Positions 12,800-34,051 of a DNA stretch of 64,000 bases are shown here, one piece after another. Below the pieces are notes generated by a model. That model was not told the origin of the DNA and ran no database searches. It was given only the letters and a program-made list of their open reading frames with translations. Positions within the stretch are counted from its first letter, which is position 1. Every line of letters begins with the position of its first letter. Source of the stretch: the human T2T-CHM13v2.0 reference genome, Homo sapiens. The position numbers and the translations under genes were made by a program. The stretch lies in NCBI RefSeq assembly GCF_009914755.1, contig NC_060926.1; one strand, written 5' to 3'.

Positions 12800-14300
12800 G
12801 GTGGTGGAAGCATCAGTACTATGCAGTTTGTGGAGCTTCAGGTTGGTAGTACAGGGAGATGTAGAAATACAGTGCAGGTGCTCTGATTAGAGAGAAGGAG
12901 CAAAGTGTTGAAAACAAACCCTGCGATGATGAGGAGCTCTGTAGAGGCACACAGATGCTGATGATAGGTTCCCTTTGAGCCACTGAATAAGGTGCTCCAT
13001 TTGGTCATCACTGTGTGTAGTGGGCAGTATTCAGCTGGACAAGGTTGCAGACTTCTAAGCTGGGAGATGAACTGAAAGTGAGGTCAGAGGTCAAATGACT
13101 GAGTCCTCTGTAAAGGAAGATCTGATTAATAGACTGTCTCCAGTGGTGCAGATTGAGGCTAATATGAAAAATGTCCTTGTTAGAAAGTTGGGTCAGGAAC
13201 ATTCAAGGCAGCACTGAGTGTTGGACAGGACACATTAATTCCTTACATGTCTCAGGTGTTCCTTCAGTGTGCAGATGTCATGTAGCAGTAAGGTGTAGGA
13301 TGCCATTTTTGATTGTGGCCTTTGGAGACCATATTCAGGGCTAGGTATAACTAGTCAGGAAGCATGGTGGCAGAGCATCAACCTGAACACATGCCCCCTG
13401 AGCTTTAGGGAAACAGTGTCTACCTGGAAGTTTTGACTGCCTAGAGTATATGATATTGGAAACTCAGAATAGTAAAAAGAGGCAGCCTGCCTTGTATCAA
13501 CAGAACTGCCCTGTATGTGGCAGCTGCTATAGGCTATGATGAGATGTATGAGATGTATGTCCTACCCTCAGATGCTGAGACCTCAGGAAACAGTGGCTAA
13601 AAGCTAAAATTTCCATTCCCTGGGATAATATTTTGTCTCCACTGGGCTCAGCTTCCATGCAAAATGGGAACAGGTTTGCAGTTAACAGATCTGATGTCCT
13701 TCTGAGATGCACGTACGCCTATAACTTTGCTGTAAGCTAAGAGTCTAGAGACTATAAAATGCCATACTGGCTCAGACAAGGTCAAAGCAGGGACAAACAA
13801 ACCCTACAGCCTCTGGATTATAGAGCTGCTTCCTGGGACCTAACAAATCAGTTTACCTCCTGAATGAGTCAATTAGTGGTGCTGTGAGGGTAGGAAAGGA
13901 GCGAATGAGCCGCTAGTAACATCCAATGCCCCCAAATATGGCTATGAGCTACACTGAGGCCTTGGTAGTCCTGGTAGGAGCTCTTTACAAAGGTCACTGG
14001 GGGCTGGCTGAGGAATTGGTGTTATGGTTTGTGAGAAGAGTTTCAGTTTCAGAAAAGGGAGTGCAGCTGCTTGGCTAGATCTCAGGCTGGGCACAAATTC
14101 AAGTGGACATTTGTACTAGAGAAGGGAGTGATGACAGGGCAGCCCCTCAGCCTCCCTGTAGGTGGTATGCATCCGAAACCTCTGGCATTGATGTGACAGA
14201 GGAACTGATGCTCCAGGTCCCAAGCAATGCTGGTGGGTGGCAGGCATGAGTCCTTCAGGAGATGCTCTGGTTATTGGCTTTCGGCTTGGAGAGGTCAAGA
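12800..14300 (-). mobile_element. Decayed Ty3/Gypsy (sushi/MamGypsy-like) pol: protease end, partial RT, RNase H, integrase
   Basis: Manual minus-strand translation across frameshifts: REAEGLPCHH..YKCPLEFVP, GCY*RLIRSFPTLTAPL, FAWKLSPVETKY..MEILAF, FPISYTLGSQNFQVDTVS, RGLSHLTSD, TAHYT..DQMEHLIQW, LLIIAGFVFN, in Gypsy domain order. Confidence 0.8.
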
Positions 14301-15285
14301 CCCTCAGACAGTGTGGGCAGCATGTGACTAATAGGAGCTGGCTCTGGACACACAGCCTCCACGAACAGCTGGATTCATGTGGTCTTCTGGGTCACTGTCC
14401 TCTCTCCCTGCTTGCCCCCTACCCCAACATTTCAACTTCAGCAATATTGCTTCCTTTCTTCTTCCCAAATGTTTTTTTTTTCTTTTACAGAAAGTGGGTC
14501 CAGTCAACCACAAGGCTTTGTTTTGCTGAGTTGAGTATGCAAATACACAAGGACCTGTAGTCCTTCCCCACACAGTGCTTTTTTCTCTAAAGAAACACTG
14601 AACAAATACTCTTTAAGCACTGATTTAATGGAACATCAAATCATTGGCTTCCTTGGGTACTTGCATGTACTGATCTGCCCTCTCTATCTGCCCTAAGAAG
14701 AGGATTCTAAGCATAATTGGAATGCAGAAAAACTCTTCTTGTATTTGAGGTCTAGAGAACAGCACCAAACAGATAGTTCAATGAAGCAGCAATGTGAAGT
14801 TGCCAGGCAGAGACATGGGAGCCAGGAATGGGGCCGTGCAAGAGTAGTCAGCCACAGTGAGGCAGGGCAAGACTGGTGTGGCTGAATCATGACAAATCCT
14901 CCATGGTACTTGAAATCCCCTCCACTCTACCCATCATGGACTATCCCCCAATACAGGGCCCCAAGATAGGATGTCCCATCCCCCAAGATAGGGGCCCCAG
15001 CAGACCTCAAAGGCATAATCTGGCTGATGTTGGCATTGGTTAAGTCAATTAGGATAGAACAGCTGACAGAAAGACATCCAGAGGGAGAGTCCAACAACTG
15101 TTCAAAAGAGAGCCAAGGCTAAGATTGGAGAGGGAAAGTAGTGTCACGTCTGAGAGGTGACAAAAGCAAATAAAGCTAGGTTAGGAGCCAGACGAAAGGA
15201 AGGTAAGGAATAAAGGCAAACAACAACAACAACACAAAAGGGAAAGAGGACCTAGCTAGAACTTGTAGAAAGGGTCAAGATAGCC

Positions 15286-15623
<338 letters not shown>

Positions 15624-18189
15624 TTAGGAGGGAACATTATATAACTAAGAATACACATGATACTGTGATAGTTATTCAGTGGTAATGACGATATCAATGA
15701 CCATTTATTTAAATAATAAGCTTTAAAATACTTTTGATACATTTGGAATAGTTGAGAAAATACAAATATGTACTGGAGATGTTAGATAGCATTAGAGAAT
15801 TATTGGTAATTTTGTTGGTTGTAATGGTGCTATTGCAGTTAATAGGGAGAATATTCTTAATGTTTTCGAGCTCTAAGAAAATATTTAAAGATTAACTCAT
15901 GACAACTGAAATTCACTTTGAAATGGTTTAGTAATACATACTCATATATATACATATATGTGAAGTAAATATGACAAAAATTTAACTAGTTTTGGATGCA
16001 GGTAATAATTCCATGTACTATTCTTTTGTTTTTCCGTTTAAATATTTTTCTTAAAAGCAGTTATAAATAAAAGCTAAAAATTAGTTTTTATCAATAGATC
16101 TACCAGAAGCTAAAATACAGCTAGGTATAAAATGATTATGCTAATGAAAAATCAAGACTATGTGGGTGAAAATATGTTATCAATTATCAATGTCGACCAG
16201 AAACATTGGGCAAAGGTCTTTATCATAAGGAAACTTTGCAGAGCAAATTTGAGATTAGAGATGGCAATAACATAGTTTGCAAAGTTCTCTAGCGGTTTCT
16301 TAGGTCTCTCCTGATTTCAGTAATCTAAATATTCATTTGCAAATACATCTATTTTAAGGGGATTGGGAGTAATAATTTCTTTTTGCAAGTACTTGTATCT
16401 GTTATATGATCTTTATCACTTTTGTCTAGCATTTTTAGTTATGTCTTTGTGACTGTCTGATTTATTCCCCAGCAAAGTTACCTTTTCTTCAAGGTTCATT
16501 TTTCAGAATTCTTGGTTTCTCTATTCCACATGTACATGCCCGACAAATACTTATTTATTAAATAAATACTTAGTTATTTAAGATTCCATGTCCTAAATAC
16601 ACTTCCAGAACACACAAACCTCACTACCATTATGCAATTTATCTTCTGCAAATCATTATTTTTCTATGGTAGCTTGCATGCTGAAAGCAAAGTGCATCCA
16701 CATTCCCAATGATCACAAGTGTCCCACTATACTCTGGGAACCAAAATTCCAAGAATACTTCCAGGTTCCAAATTTACCCCTCCTGTAATGGAAAATCTCT
16801 CCTGCTGAGGTGGTAGTTTCTGATTGCCCAATATTGTGTTCCCTTTCCAGGGCTGCAGGAGCCCAAACACTCTTTTGAAAACCTCTCTCCCTACTAGAAA
16901 CACAGGCTGTTCATTTAGCAATTATAGCTGTCAGCACAGCAAGCTGGCAGGAGAGAGAACAGCATCTGTTTCTGGGCAGCGAGCCCTTGGCAGAGCCAGG
17001 AGTTGAGGGCCTGGGGAAACAGGTAGGACAGTGGCTCTAATTTGTCACTTCCCCAGCACTTGTGTATTTGCATCTTGTATCCTGAAAAGTGATACATGTA
17101 TTAATTTCACCTATATGCTGGGGAGGAAAATTAGAAAATATGGGAAGTAGATAAGAACAGGAATGGTCTGTGGGTCTCCAAGGTCTTGTACATAGTGATA
17201 CTGCCTCATCCATTCATCTCTTCATTCAACACCCACCTACTGACTATCTTTTCTATATCTGCTGCTGAGCTTGGTGCTGTGGACCCACTGGTGAATGTGA
17301 CATGGTTCTTGTCCTTGAAGGGCACACAGAGAGTGGAAAAAACTAAAGTATAAATGAGAACTACAAAGGGTTTCAGACTGTATGGGGCATGGGGAGCCCA
17401 TACAAACAGGAATGGAATAAACTGTGGGTCTCCAGTTTCCACCTGCCCTTTTGTTCTTAGGAGCGATATTTCCTAACCATTTGCCATGTGAATTCCTTCC
17501 AAGCTGCTGCTTTAAGGTTTTCCATTATCTAACCAGAAGCCTGAAATTCCTCAAATTTTTATGGCACATGCTATTTGTCCATAGCTATTTAGGTGTTATC
17601 ACCTGAATACATAGTGTAAATCTTGCATCCTGAGATAAGTTCCTAATGATTGTGGTAAGTGTCCTGTACTTTTACATAATAGCTAATTATATAATAGCTA
17701 GCAAATATACTTTTTGAATACTTTTGACATTAACTTGCTGTGTGGCCATTTGGCAAGGTCCCTCATCTGTCTTCTAGCTCTCAGATATTCCATCTGAAAA
17801 ATGAAGAGAATTGTCCTGCCCACCTTATCCTCTCCTTGAGTTGATGACCAAGGGCTCTGAAGAATGAATATATTTTATCTAGACAAGGGTGTCTATTTTT
17901 CTAGACAAAATGACAGTTTATATTAATAAACAAATCTAATGAGCCAGGAAAATATTAAAAGGCTGGCAAACCAGAAAAATATTAAAAGGGTGGCAAATGT
18001 GTCCAGAAATATCATTATCCAGAGATAACCTGTTTCCTTCCATATAACTCTCTCTTTAAACACCCCCCACCACACACAGCCACAGATGGGACTGTCATAT
18101 ACATAATGTTCTCTAGTCTCCTTTTTTCATTTGAAAAAAATATTGAGCATTTTTTCATGCTAATAAATCACAGCTATCATTTTTCTTTT

Positions 18190-24620
<6,431 letters not shown>

Positions 24621-24636
24621 CTATCATTTTTCTTTT

Positions 24637-25430
24637 CTTTCATTTTAGGTTCAGGGGTACCTGTACATGTTTGTTACATGTAAATTGCATGTCACAGGGG
24701 TTTGGTTTACAAATTATTTCAGCACCCAGGTAATAAGCATAACACTGGATAGGTAGTTTTTTGATCCTTACCTTTCTCCCTCTCTCCATCATCAGGTAGG
24801 CCTCAGTGTCTGTTATTCCCTTGTGTCCATATGTACTCAGTGTTTAGCTCCCACTTATAAACAAGAACATGTGGTATTTAGTTTTATGTTCCTGTATTCA
24901 TGTATTTAGGCTAATGGCCTTTAGCTCCATCCATATTGCTACAAAGGACATGATCTTGTTCTTTTGATGGCTGTGTAGTATTCCATGGTATATATGTACC
25001 ACATTTTCTTTATCCAGTCTACCACTGATGGGCATTTAGGTTGATTCTAAAATCTTTGCTATCGTGAAAAGTGCTGCAATGAACGTACACATGCATGTGT
25101 CTTTATGGTAGAGTGATTTATACTCCTTCGGGCATATACTCAATAATAGGATTGCTGGGTTGAATAGTTATGCTTTGAGTTCTTTGAGAAATCGCCAAAC
25201 TGCTTTCCACAATGGCAGAACTAATTTATATTCCCACCAGCAGTGTATAAGCTTTTTTTTTCTCTGCAACCTTGCCAGCATCTGTTATTTTTTCACTTTT
25301 TAATAATAGCTCTTCTCACTGGTGTAAGACGGTATCTCATTGTGGTTTTGGTTTGTATTTCTCTAATGATTAGTGACGTTGAACATTTTTTCATGCTTGT
25401 TGGCTGTGTGTATGTCTTCTTTTGAAAAGT
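24637..25430 (-). mobile_element. Older L1 (L1PA15-16/L1PB-like) 3' end; the younger L1PA sits at its poly-A end
   Basis: TTCAGGGGTACCTGTACATG... 3'UTR; ORF2 C-terminal [13 protein letters not shown]. Confidence 0.85.
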
Positions 25431-26504
25431 TAGACTATAATTTTCAATATATGTATAGGATTCTATTGTTGTATGTTTGTCGTAAGTATTTAACTGGTTC
25501 CCTATTAATTTTTGTGTTATTCCTGACATAAAATATGAGGATTAATACCCTTGCAAATATATCTTTAGAAATTTGTATTGTTCATTCCATAGGATAATTT
25601 ATAGAAGTAAAATTGCTGAGTTACCTCCTCCCCAAAATGTAACTATTATATAGAATTTTAAGCTGATTATTCTCTTGTTTTTCTTTATAATTTACCCATC
25701 TATATTTATTAATAAATGCCTGCATAGAAGTTTTAAAAATTCTTATGTAGGGCAAACTTACCTGTTCTTCTTTAGGATTTAAGACTTTCGTTTTATGCTT
25801 CAAAATGCCCTTCACCTCTATCTATATTCACTGTATTTTCTTTTAATGTCAGTTTCAACTTTTTACATTTAAATGCAAAAATAATCTGGAATTTATCTAT
25901 TTGATTTAGGAATTGAGGTGGGGGTTCAACTAATCTCCCCCAACAATGCCCAGATGGCTAACCAGTTATCCCAATAGTTAAGTTTGAGATGTCTGTTAGA
26001 AATCCAAATGGAACTAGGTAGGTATTACGAGTCTGGATTCTAGGAAAGAGTTCCAGCTGGAGATATGACGATGGGAGTTGAAAGTAAATAGATAGTATTT
26101 AAACCAAGGAGCCTGGATGACATCATCAAAAGAGAGAGTATAGGTAAGGAGAGGAGAGGGCCCCCACTGGCCTTCTTGCTGTTCCTCAAACATGTGGAAA
26201 CCATTCTTGCTTCAGGTGCTTTGCCAACAATGCTCTTTCTCTAGACATTTTCAAGTCTCGCTCACTTCATTGAAGCCTCTCAAATGTCACTTCTTCAGAA
26301 CAAAGGAACACCCTGACCACACTATTCAAATAGCATCCCTTCCCCTAAGCTTACCAATGACTCTATTCATTAGTCTTTTATTTTTCTTCATAGCACTTCT
26401 CATTTCCTAAAATCACACATTCATTTGTCTACTTATTTATTATATACCTTCTTCATGAGGTCAGGGCTTTGCATTTTAAAGAAATATATTATTTTAACCA
26501 TCTA

Positions 26505-26966
26505 TCCTAGTTTGGGATGTCCCAGGAGAGACCCCAGACAAGAATTTGAGTGTGATTGTTTATATGGGATATTATCCCAGGAAATGCCAGTAAGAGTATG
26601 AAGAAGTGAGACAGGAATGAGAAAGCAGTCAATAAAGGACACATTATCAAGCAAGTTACCACTGTGGGTAACTGGAGCTTAATCCTGCATGGGAACTCTG
26701 GGCCTCAAAGAATATACTCTGAGGGGTATGATTGCTGAGCTATTAATACACCAACTCATGTTAGTCACTGAATGAGGGTTGTTTCTGGGCGTGTTAATTC
26801 TTATGTACTTCTGGCCTGATGAGCCCACTTGCCCATGGGCACACCATATTTGCTGAAGAGAGTTAACAGGCAAAGAGATGCAGATACTGGTAATTAAAAG
26901 TGGGATGGTGTGCACTATAATGGTAAGGCCTGTGGGTATATGGGTGGGGACAAAACAACACCTGCT
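26505..26966 (-). mobile_element. ERVL LTR (LTR16/LTR33-like) within L2 fragments
   Basis: AGACAAGAATTTGAGTGTGATTGTTTAT...GGGTAACTGGAGCTTAATCC. Confidence 0.6.
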
Positions 26967-27413
26967 ATCTCATTCTATTCCCTGCACCTTGAAGTGTGCC
27001 TGGCATATAGTGGATACTCAATAAATACATGAACATTAAATAAAACTTGTTCACATGTTAAGGGAACATAATAGGTGATCTGCTTGCCTGCCTCAACCTC
27101 TCAAAGTGCTGGGATTACAGGCATAAGCCACCGCGCCTGGCCTCAGAAATGTATTTTAACCCTTATAACACCACCTGTTTTTTATTTTCCCTGCTTGAAA
27201 GCTTATAGGATTATTTTTTATTTATGCTTGCCTAAGTCTGCCTTCAGTAAGCAGTCCTTGAGCTAACTCTTAAAGGAGGTATAGGAGTGTGTAAGTGGAG
27301 GAAGTGGCATGTGCTGAAAGGAGCAGCCAGGAGTTTGTGTGACTGGAGCACAGAGGTCAGGGAGAGATGGCAGGTGGGGAGACTGGGCTTGCAGGCAGTT
27401 GCGGTATGATTTG

Positions 27414-28293
<880 letters not shown>

Positions 28294-28771
28294 ACTAACC
28301 ATGAGTTGGGCTTCCTCAGGAAATGGGGAATCATTGGTTTCTGGATATGGAGTAACCTAATTAGACATGGGATTCAACAGTAGTATAGTACAAAGCCTCA
28401 GGGTTCTACAACTCCCAGGGGCACCAATAATGTAGGAGTCAAGGTAATGATGGTCCCTATATTTGTGCAGACTGGTGACCCTGGTTGCTGTGGATGAACT
28501 GTCAAGAGCCAGAACTAGAAGTGAACTACTAATGAGACTAGTATAATAGTCTGGATAGGAGAAGAGGAGGGCCTAAGCTAGGGTAGTAGCCATGAAAATG
28601 AAGAAAAGGTAGCTATCAGAAATGTTTCAGAGGTAGATCCAGTAGAACCATGAGACAGGTAGAAGTCTGGAATGACTCCCAAGTGTCTGGCTCATGGAGG
28701 ATGGTGGTATAATTTCCCAGGTCAGAGATCACAGGAGGAGAGACCAGTTTGAAGAGAGAGACGATAGATTA

Positions 28772-29137
<366 letters not shown>

Positions 29138-29737
29138 TCATTTGGACATATGACAGATGCCTGGGCTATAAATAATATCTTTGGACCTTAACAGTATATA
29201 TTTAGTAATTAAGTCTATGGAAGTGAATGCCATGGCAGTTGGAGAAGATACAGAATGAGAAGGGCCTAGAACCAAATAATGGGGAATTAAGATGTTTAAG
29301 GGACTGGCCAAAGAAGAAGACCACCATAAAGGATTTTCTGAAATTATCGAATAGGTAGTAAAAGAAACAGAAGCATCTGGTGTCAGAATACCTAAGACAG
29401 GAGAGAATATTAATAAAAAAAGAAAGTGGTCAGTAATAACCCATATCTCAAAGAGCAAGGATGGCAAGGACTGATAAGCGGCCATTGAATCTGATAATTA
29501 TAAGGTCACTGGTGCTTTTGCAAGAGCAGTTTCTGTGGAGTGGTGGGAATAATGAACAACAGGCAATGGACAAGGACTTAGTGCAGAGTGAAGAGAAATA
29601 TGAGTTCCCTAAACAGGCAGGGAAAAAGAAAGGGGCATTGAAATTGAAAATGGCAAGGAGAGGAGGGAAAAGGGGTGGGCGATCAGGATGACTCAAGCCT
29701 TTGTCAATTATACTGCAGGGCTTTGTCTGTGAGAGAG

Positions 29738-29960
29738 GCAGGGTGGTGCAGTGGGTAAGAGGACAGGCTTTGGAGCCAGGCTGCCTGTATTTGTGTGGAG
29801 TTTCACCATTACGTATTAGCTGTGTAAACTTGGGCAAGTTACTTAATGTCTTTGTCCTCAGTTTCCTCATCTGTAAAGGATAATTGTAACCACTTCTCAG
29901 GTTTTTGTGAGTGCTTAGAAGCAACCAATAAATGTTAGCTCTCAATGTTATTATTATTAT
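29738..29960 (+). mobile_element. MIR
   Basis: Core CTTGGGCAAGTTACTTAA...CTCAGTTTCCTCATCTGTAAA. Confidence 0.85.
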
Positions 29961-30042
29961 TAATTATCATCATCATCATCATTACTACACAAGTAAACTC
30001 TGGCTTCTTCCCTGAATAATATCTACTGCTCTTGTTCTAGGG

Positions 30043-30543
30043 CAGTGATTTTCAAAGTGTGATCCAGGTCCCTGAAGCTCTCTCAGGGGGTCTGGGAGAT
30101 CAAAACTATTTTCATAATACAAAGACACAATTTGCCATTTTCACTTACATCCTGTCACAAGTGTATGCTGCAGTTTTCCAGAGGCTACGTGATATTGCAA
30201 CAGATATTGATATAGAAACAAATATGAAAATCCAGATGTCTTTTATTAAGCCAGACACAAGAGTAATTTTAAAAAATGTCAAAGGTCACTCTTCTCATTT
30301 ATTTTGGTTGTGGTTTAGAAACTGTATTTTCCATTAAAATGTCTTATTTATGTTAACATGTAATGGGTTTATTTTTGTTAGATGAATGCAAACTAAATAT
30401 TTAAAAAATGTATCCATTTACATTTCCAATATGGTAAATATTCAAAAGATATCCACAAAACAAAAGCTCTTGGAAGCTATCAATAATTTCTAAGAAAATT
30501 ATTAGAAAGGGAAACTAACACCTAAAAGTTTTGAGAATCACTG
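30043..30543 (+). mobile_element. hAT-Charlie non-autonomous DNA transposon (Charlie4a-like)
   Basis: TIRs CAGTGATTTTCAAA / TTTGAGAATCACTG; 8-bp TSD (T/C)TCTAGGG. Confidence 0.85.
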
Positions 30544-31247
30544 CTCTAGGGACTGAATCAGAATCAGAACAAGAAGTGTTCACTAGTTTGTACTTCTTTC
30601 TCTGGTCACACAAGACCACTTGCTTTTCCCTAAGGAAATAATTTATGTTCACAGCTCTGAATCTTTGGTGTGCTATTCCCTCAGTTCACCCTTCTTTGTC
30701 AAAACTCTGCATATCCTATAAGACACTTATCTTCTCAGTTTCATTGGCTTACAGTGATGTAGGTCCTCAGCTTACCTTTCCAGAAGCTGCCCCAAATCCA
30801 GCATGCTTATGCTCCTTCCCATGGTCTCCTCTTCACCTATCACAAACATAGCGGTAGCTAGCCTCCAAATTGAGCAGAAGTGGGAGAAGAGCCCTCTTCC
30901 AAATTCTTTGTCAAACTTTGTCACCTGGGCTCCCAAGCAACATTTCTTTTTCACTGAGTCTCATAAAACTGCTACTTTGGTTTTTGCTCACAAGCCCCTT
31001 TCTATCAGTCAGTTTGGTCCTGAGTGAGAAATGCAATATTACCCTGCTCCCTATACCTTCATCTTTCTTGTAGTATTCAGGGGGTCAAGTACTAAAAATA
31101 TTTTCTTCACAATAGTAGCACTTCTGAACCTTATTTTAAGCTCAGCTGGGATTTCTGTTGTCATTACCATCATCATCATCATTATTCTAATTCTTATATA
31201 CATTCTGATCCCCACAATAATTCTGTAAGGAATATGTAATCCCATTA

Positions 31248-31760
31248 TGTTAGTTATCTATTGCTGTGTAACAAATTACCCCCAAAACGTAGTGGCTTTA
31301 AACATTTATTACCTCAGAGTTTCTGTGGGTTGGGAATCTGGGCTGACTTAGCTGGTTCTGCTTCAGGGACTCACAGGCTATAATCAAGGTGCCGACCGGG
31401 GCTGTGGTCATCTCAAGCCTGAGAAAGATTTGCTTCCCAGCCCATTTACATGGTTGTTGGTAGGATTCAGTTGCCCAGTGGCTGTTGGCTAGACACCTCT
31501 CTCAGTCCTTCCCACGAGGCTCTCTAAATGACAGCTTGATTCATCAAAGTATATAAGCTAAAAAGGCAATAGAGAAAAATCTAGTAAGAAGGTAGCCAGT
31601 CTTTTGTATCCCTATCATGGAAGTGGCATTCCATCACTTTTGCAGAATTCTATTTTTTAGAAGCAAGTCACGAGGTTCAGCTCACATTCAAGGTAAGAGG
31701 ATTACACAAGGGCATGAATACCAGCATCATTTAGCGCCATCTTGAAAGATAACTGCCACA
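31248..31760 (-). mobile_element. MLT1 LTR inserted in a MIR
   Basis: TGTTAGTTATCTATTGCTGTGTAACAAATTACCCCCAAAAC; MIR pieces on both sides. Confidence 0.8.
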
Positions 31761-32356
31761 TTCATTTTCCTTGATGGTGAAACTGAAACTCAATGAAGTT
31801 GAGTAATATGATGGAGATCATTCAGTTAATAAATGGCAGAGTTGGATTTGAACTTAAGTCTTTCTTACCCCAAAGCATACCTTTAGCATTTCATACATTT
31901 TTACATTGTGTTTGTCACTGTGGCAAACAATTTCCCCCATTTAACTGCAGCCTTATTAAGGGTAGGAGGAGCTCGTGCTCCCTATGTTGACAAAAATGTT
32001 GGTAAATAGACTGATGAATGAATACGTGAATCAATTAAAATATTAATAGTCCATATATTAGAATTGTACACACAGAAATTACTAAACCAGGGTTCTAACT
32101 AAAAAGCCAGGACAGTAAAATAGAGCATGGGTCAAACTAAGAGAAGGGAGAAAACGGGCAACCCAGATAAACTACTGATCCCATGCATTTCTTCACATTT
32201 CTTTTTCCTTCTGTGTGAAATATGGCCTTTCTATTTTGGTTGGCAGAGATGAATCCTGTATGTTGCCGGAATCCAAACAGTAGAATGACCAAGAATACTC
32301 AAAAGGCATTCTGAATAAAGCTATATCCATGCCCCATCCAAAATGTACTAATTGAT

Positions 32357-32640
32357 TTATTTTAGAGACAGGATATCATTTTGTCTCCCAGGCTGGAGTG
32401 CGGTGGCACAATCCTAGCTCACTGCAGCCTCAAACTTTTGGGCTTATGCTATCCTCCCATAGCTAGGACCACAGGTGCAACACCACCATGTCCATCTAAT
32501 TTTTTATTTTTATTTTTGTAGAGCTGGTATCTCGAACTCCTGGCCTCAAGTGATCCTTCCTTGAGGATCCTCCCTTGAGGCTCCCAAAGCACTGACATCC
32601 AAAGCACTAGGCTTACAGGAGTGAGCCACTACACCGGACC
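32357..32640 (-). mobile_element. AluJ
   Basis: Diverged reverse Alu; CAAAATGTA flanks. Confidence 0.88.
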
Positions 32641-33191
32641 AACAAAATGTATTTAAGCTACATATTTATGTGTGTTTAACACAGAAATTCCTAACCTATG
32701 TCACCGCGATGCTAGAAAGGAAAGAAAACGGCAGCAGCCAAAATATTTATGCTAGAAGAGATGGAAGGAGCAGAAAGTTTCATGCAAATTTGGTTGTTTG
32801 GATTATTCCTTTACCTCATAATAATTGGGTTATTTGTTTATTAATAAAATATTGCCTGTAAAGGTAACATTTTCAATAACTCAGATTTTATTGGTGGGTA
32901 TTTTTGACATACATTTTGTCCAAGTAGTTCTGTAGTTCCTGCTTTTTATGGGACCTCTAAGATGCTTTCAGATATGATGTTATGCTATGGAAAGGGACTG
33001 ACTTCTATCATCAGTTTACCAGTCAGTGACAGCTTGCTGAGAAATAGTTGCTGGACCTCTAATTTTCTTTCTTCTGTTGTTCCCTCAGATGTTATTTTCT
33101 GGTCAGGACCATGACTCTGAAGAACTGATCAGAAGCAGTAACAGTGTAGCCCCGTATATGAAGGGGAGGAAACTAGCAGTAAAGAATTCCT

Positions 33192-34051
<860 letters not shown>

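Noticed and set aside
13008-13202. Initial impression of an LRR/TLR pseudogene (RGLSHLTSDL)
   Set aside because: Better explained as the Gypsy integrase core, given the flanking RT and RNase H motifs
31170-31228. Ile-rich end of ORF 31031..31228 as an extended TM segment
   Set aside because: Comes from an (ATC)n tract and a MIR end, so it is not counted as evidence
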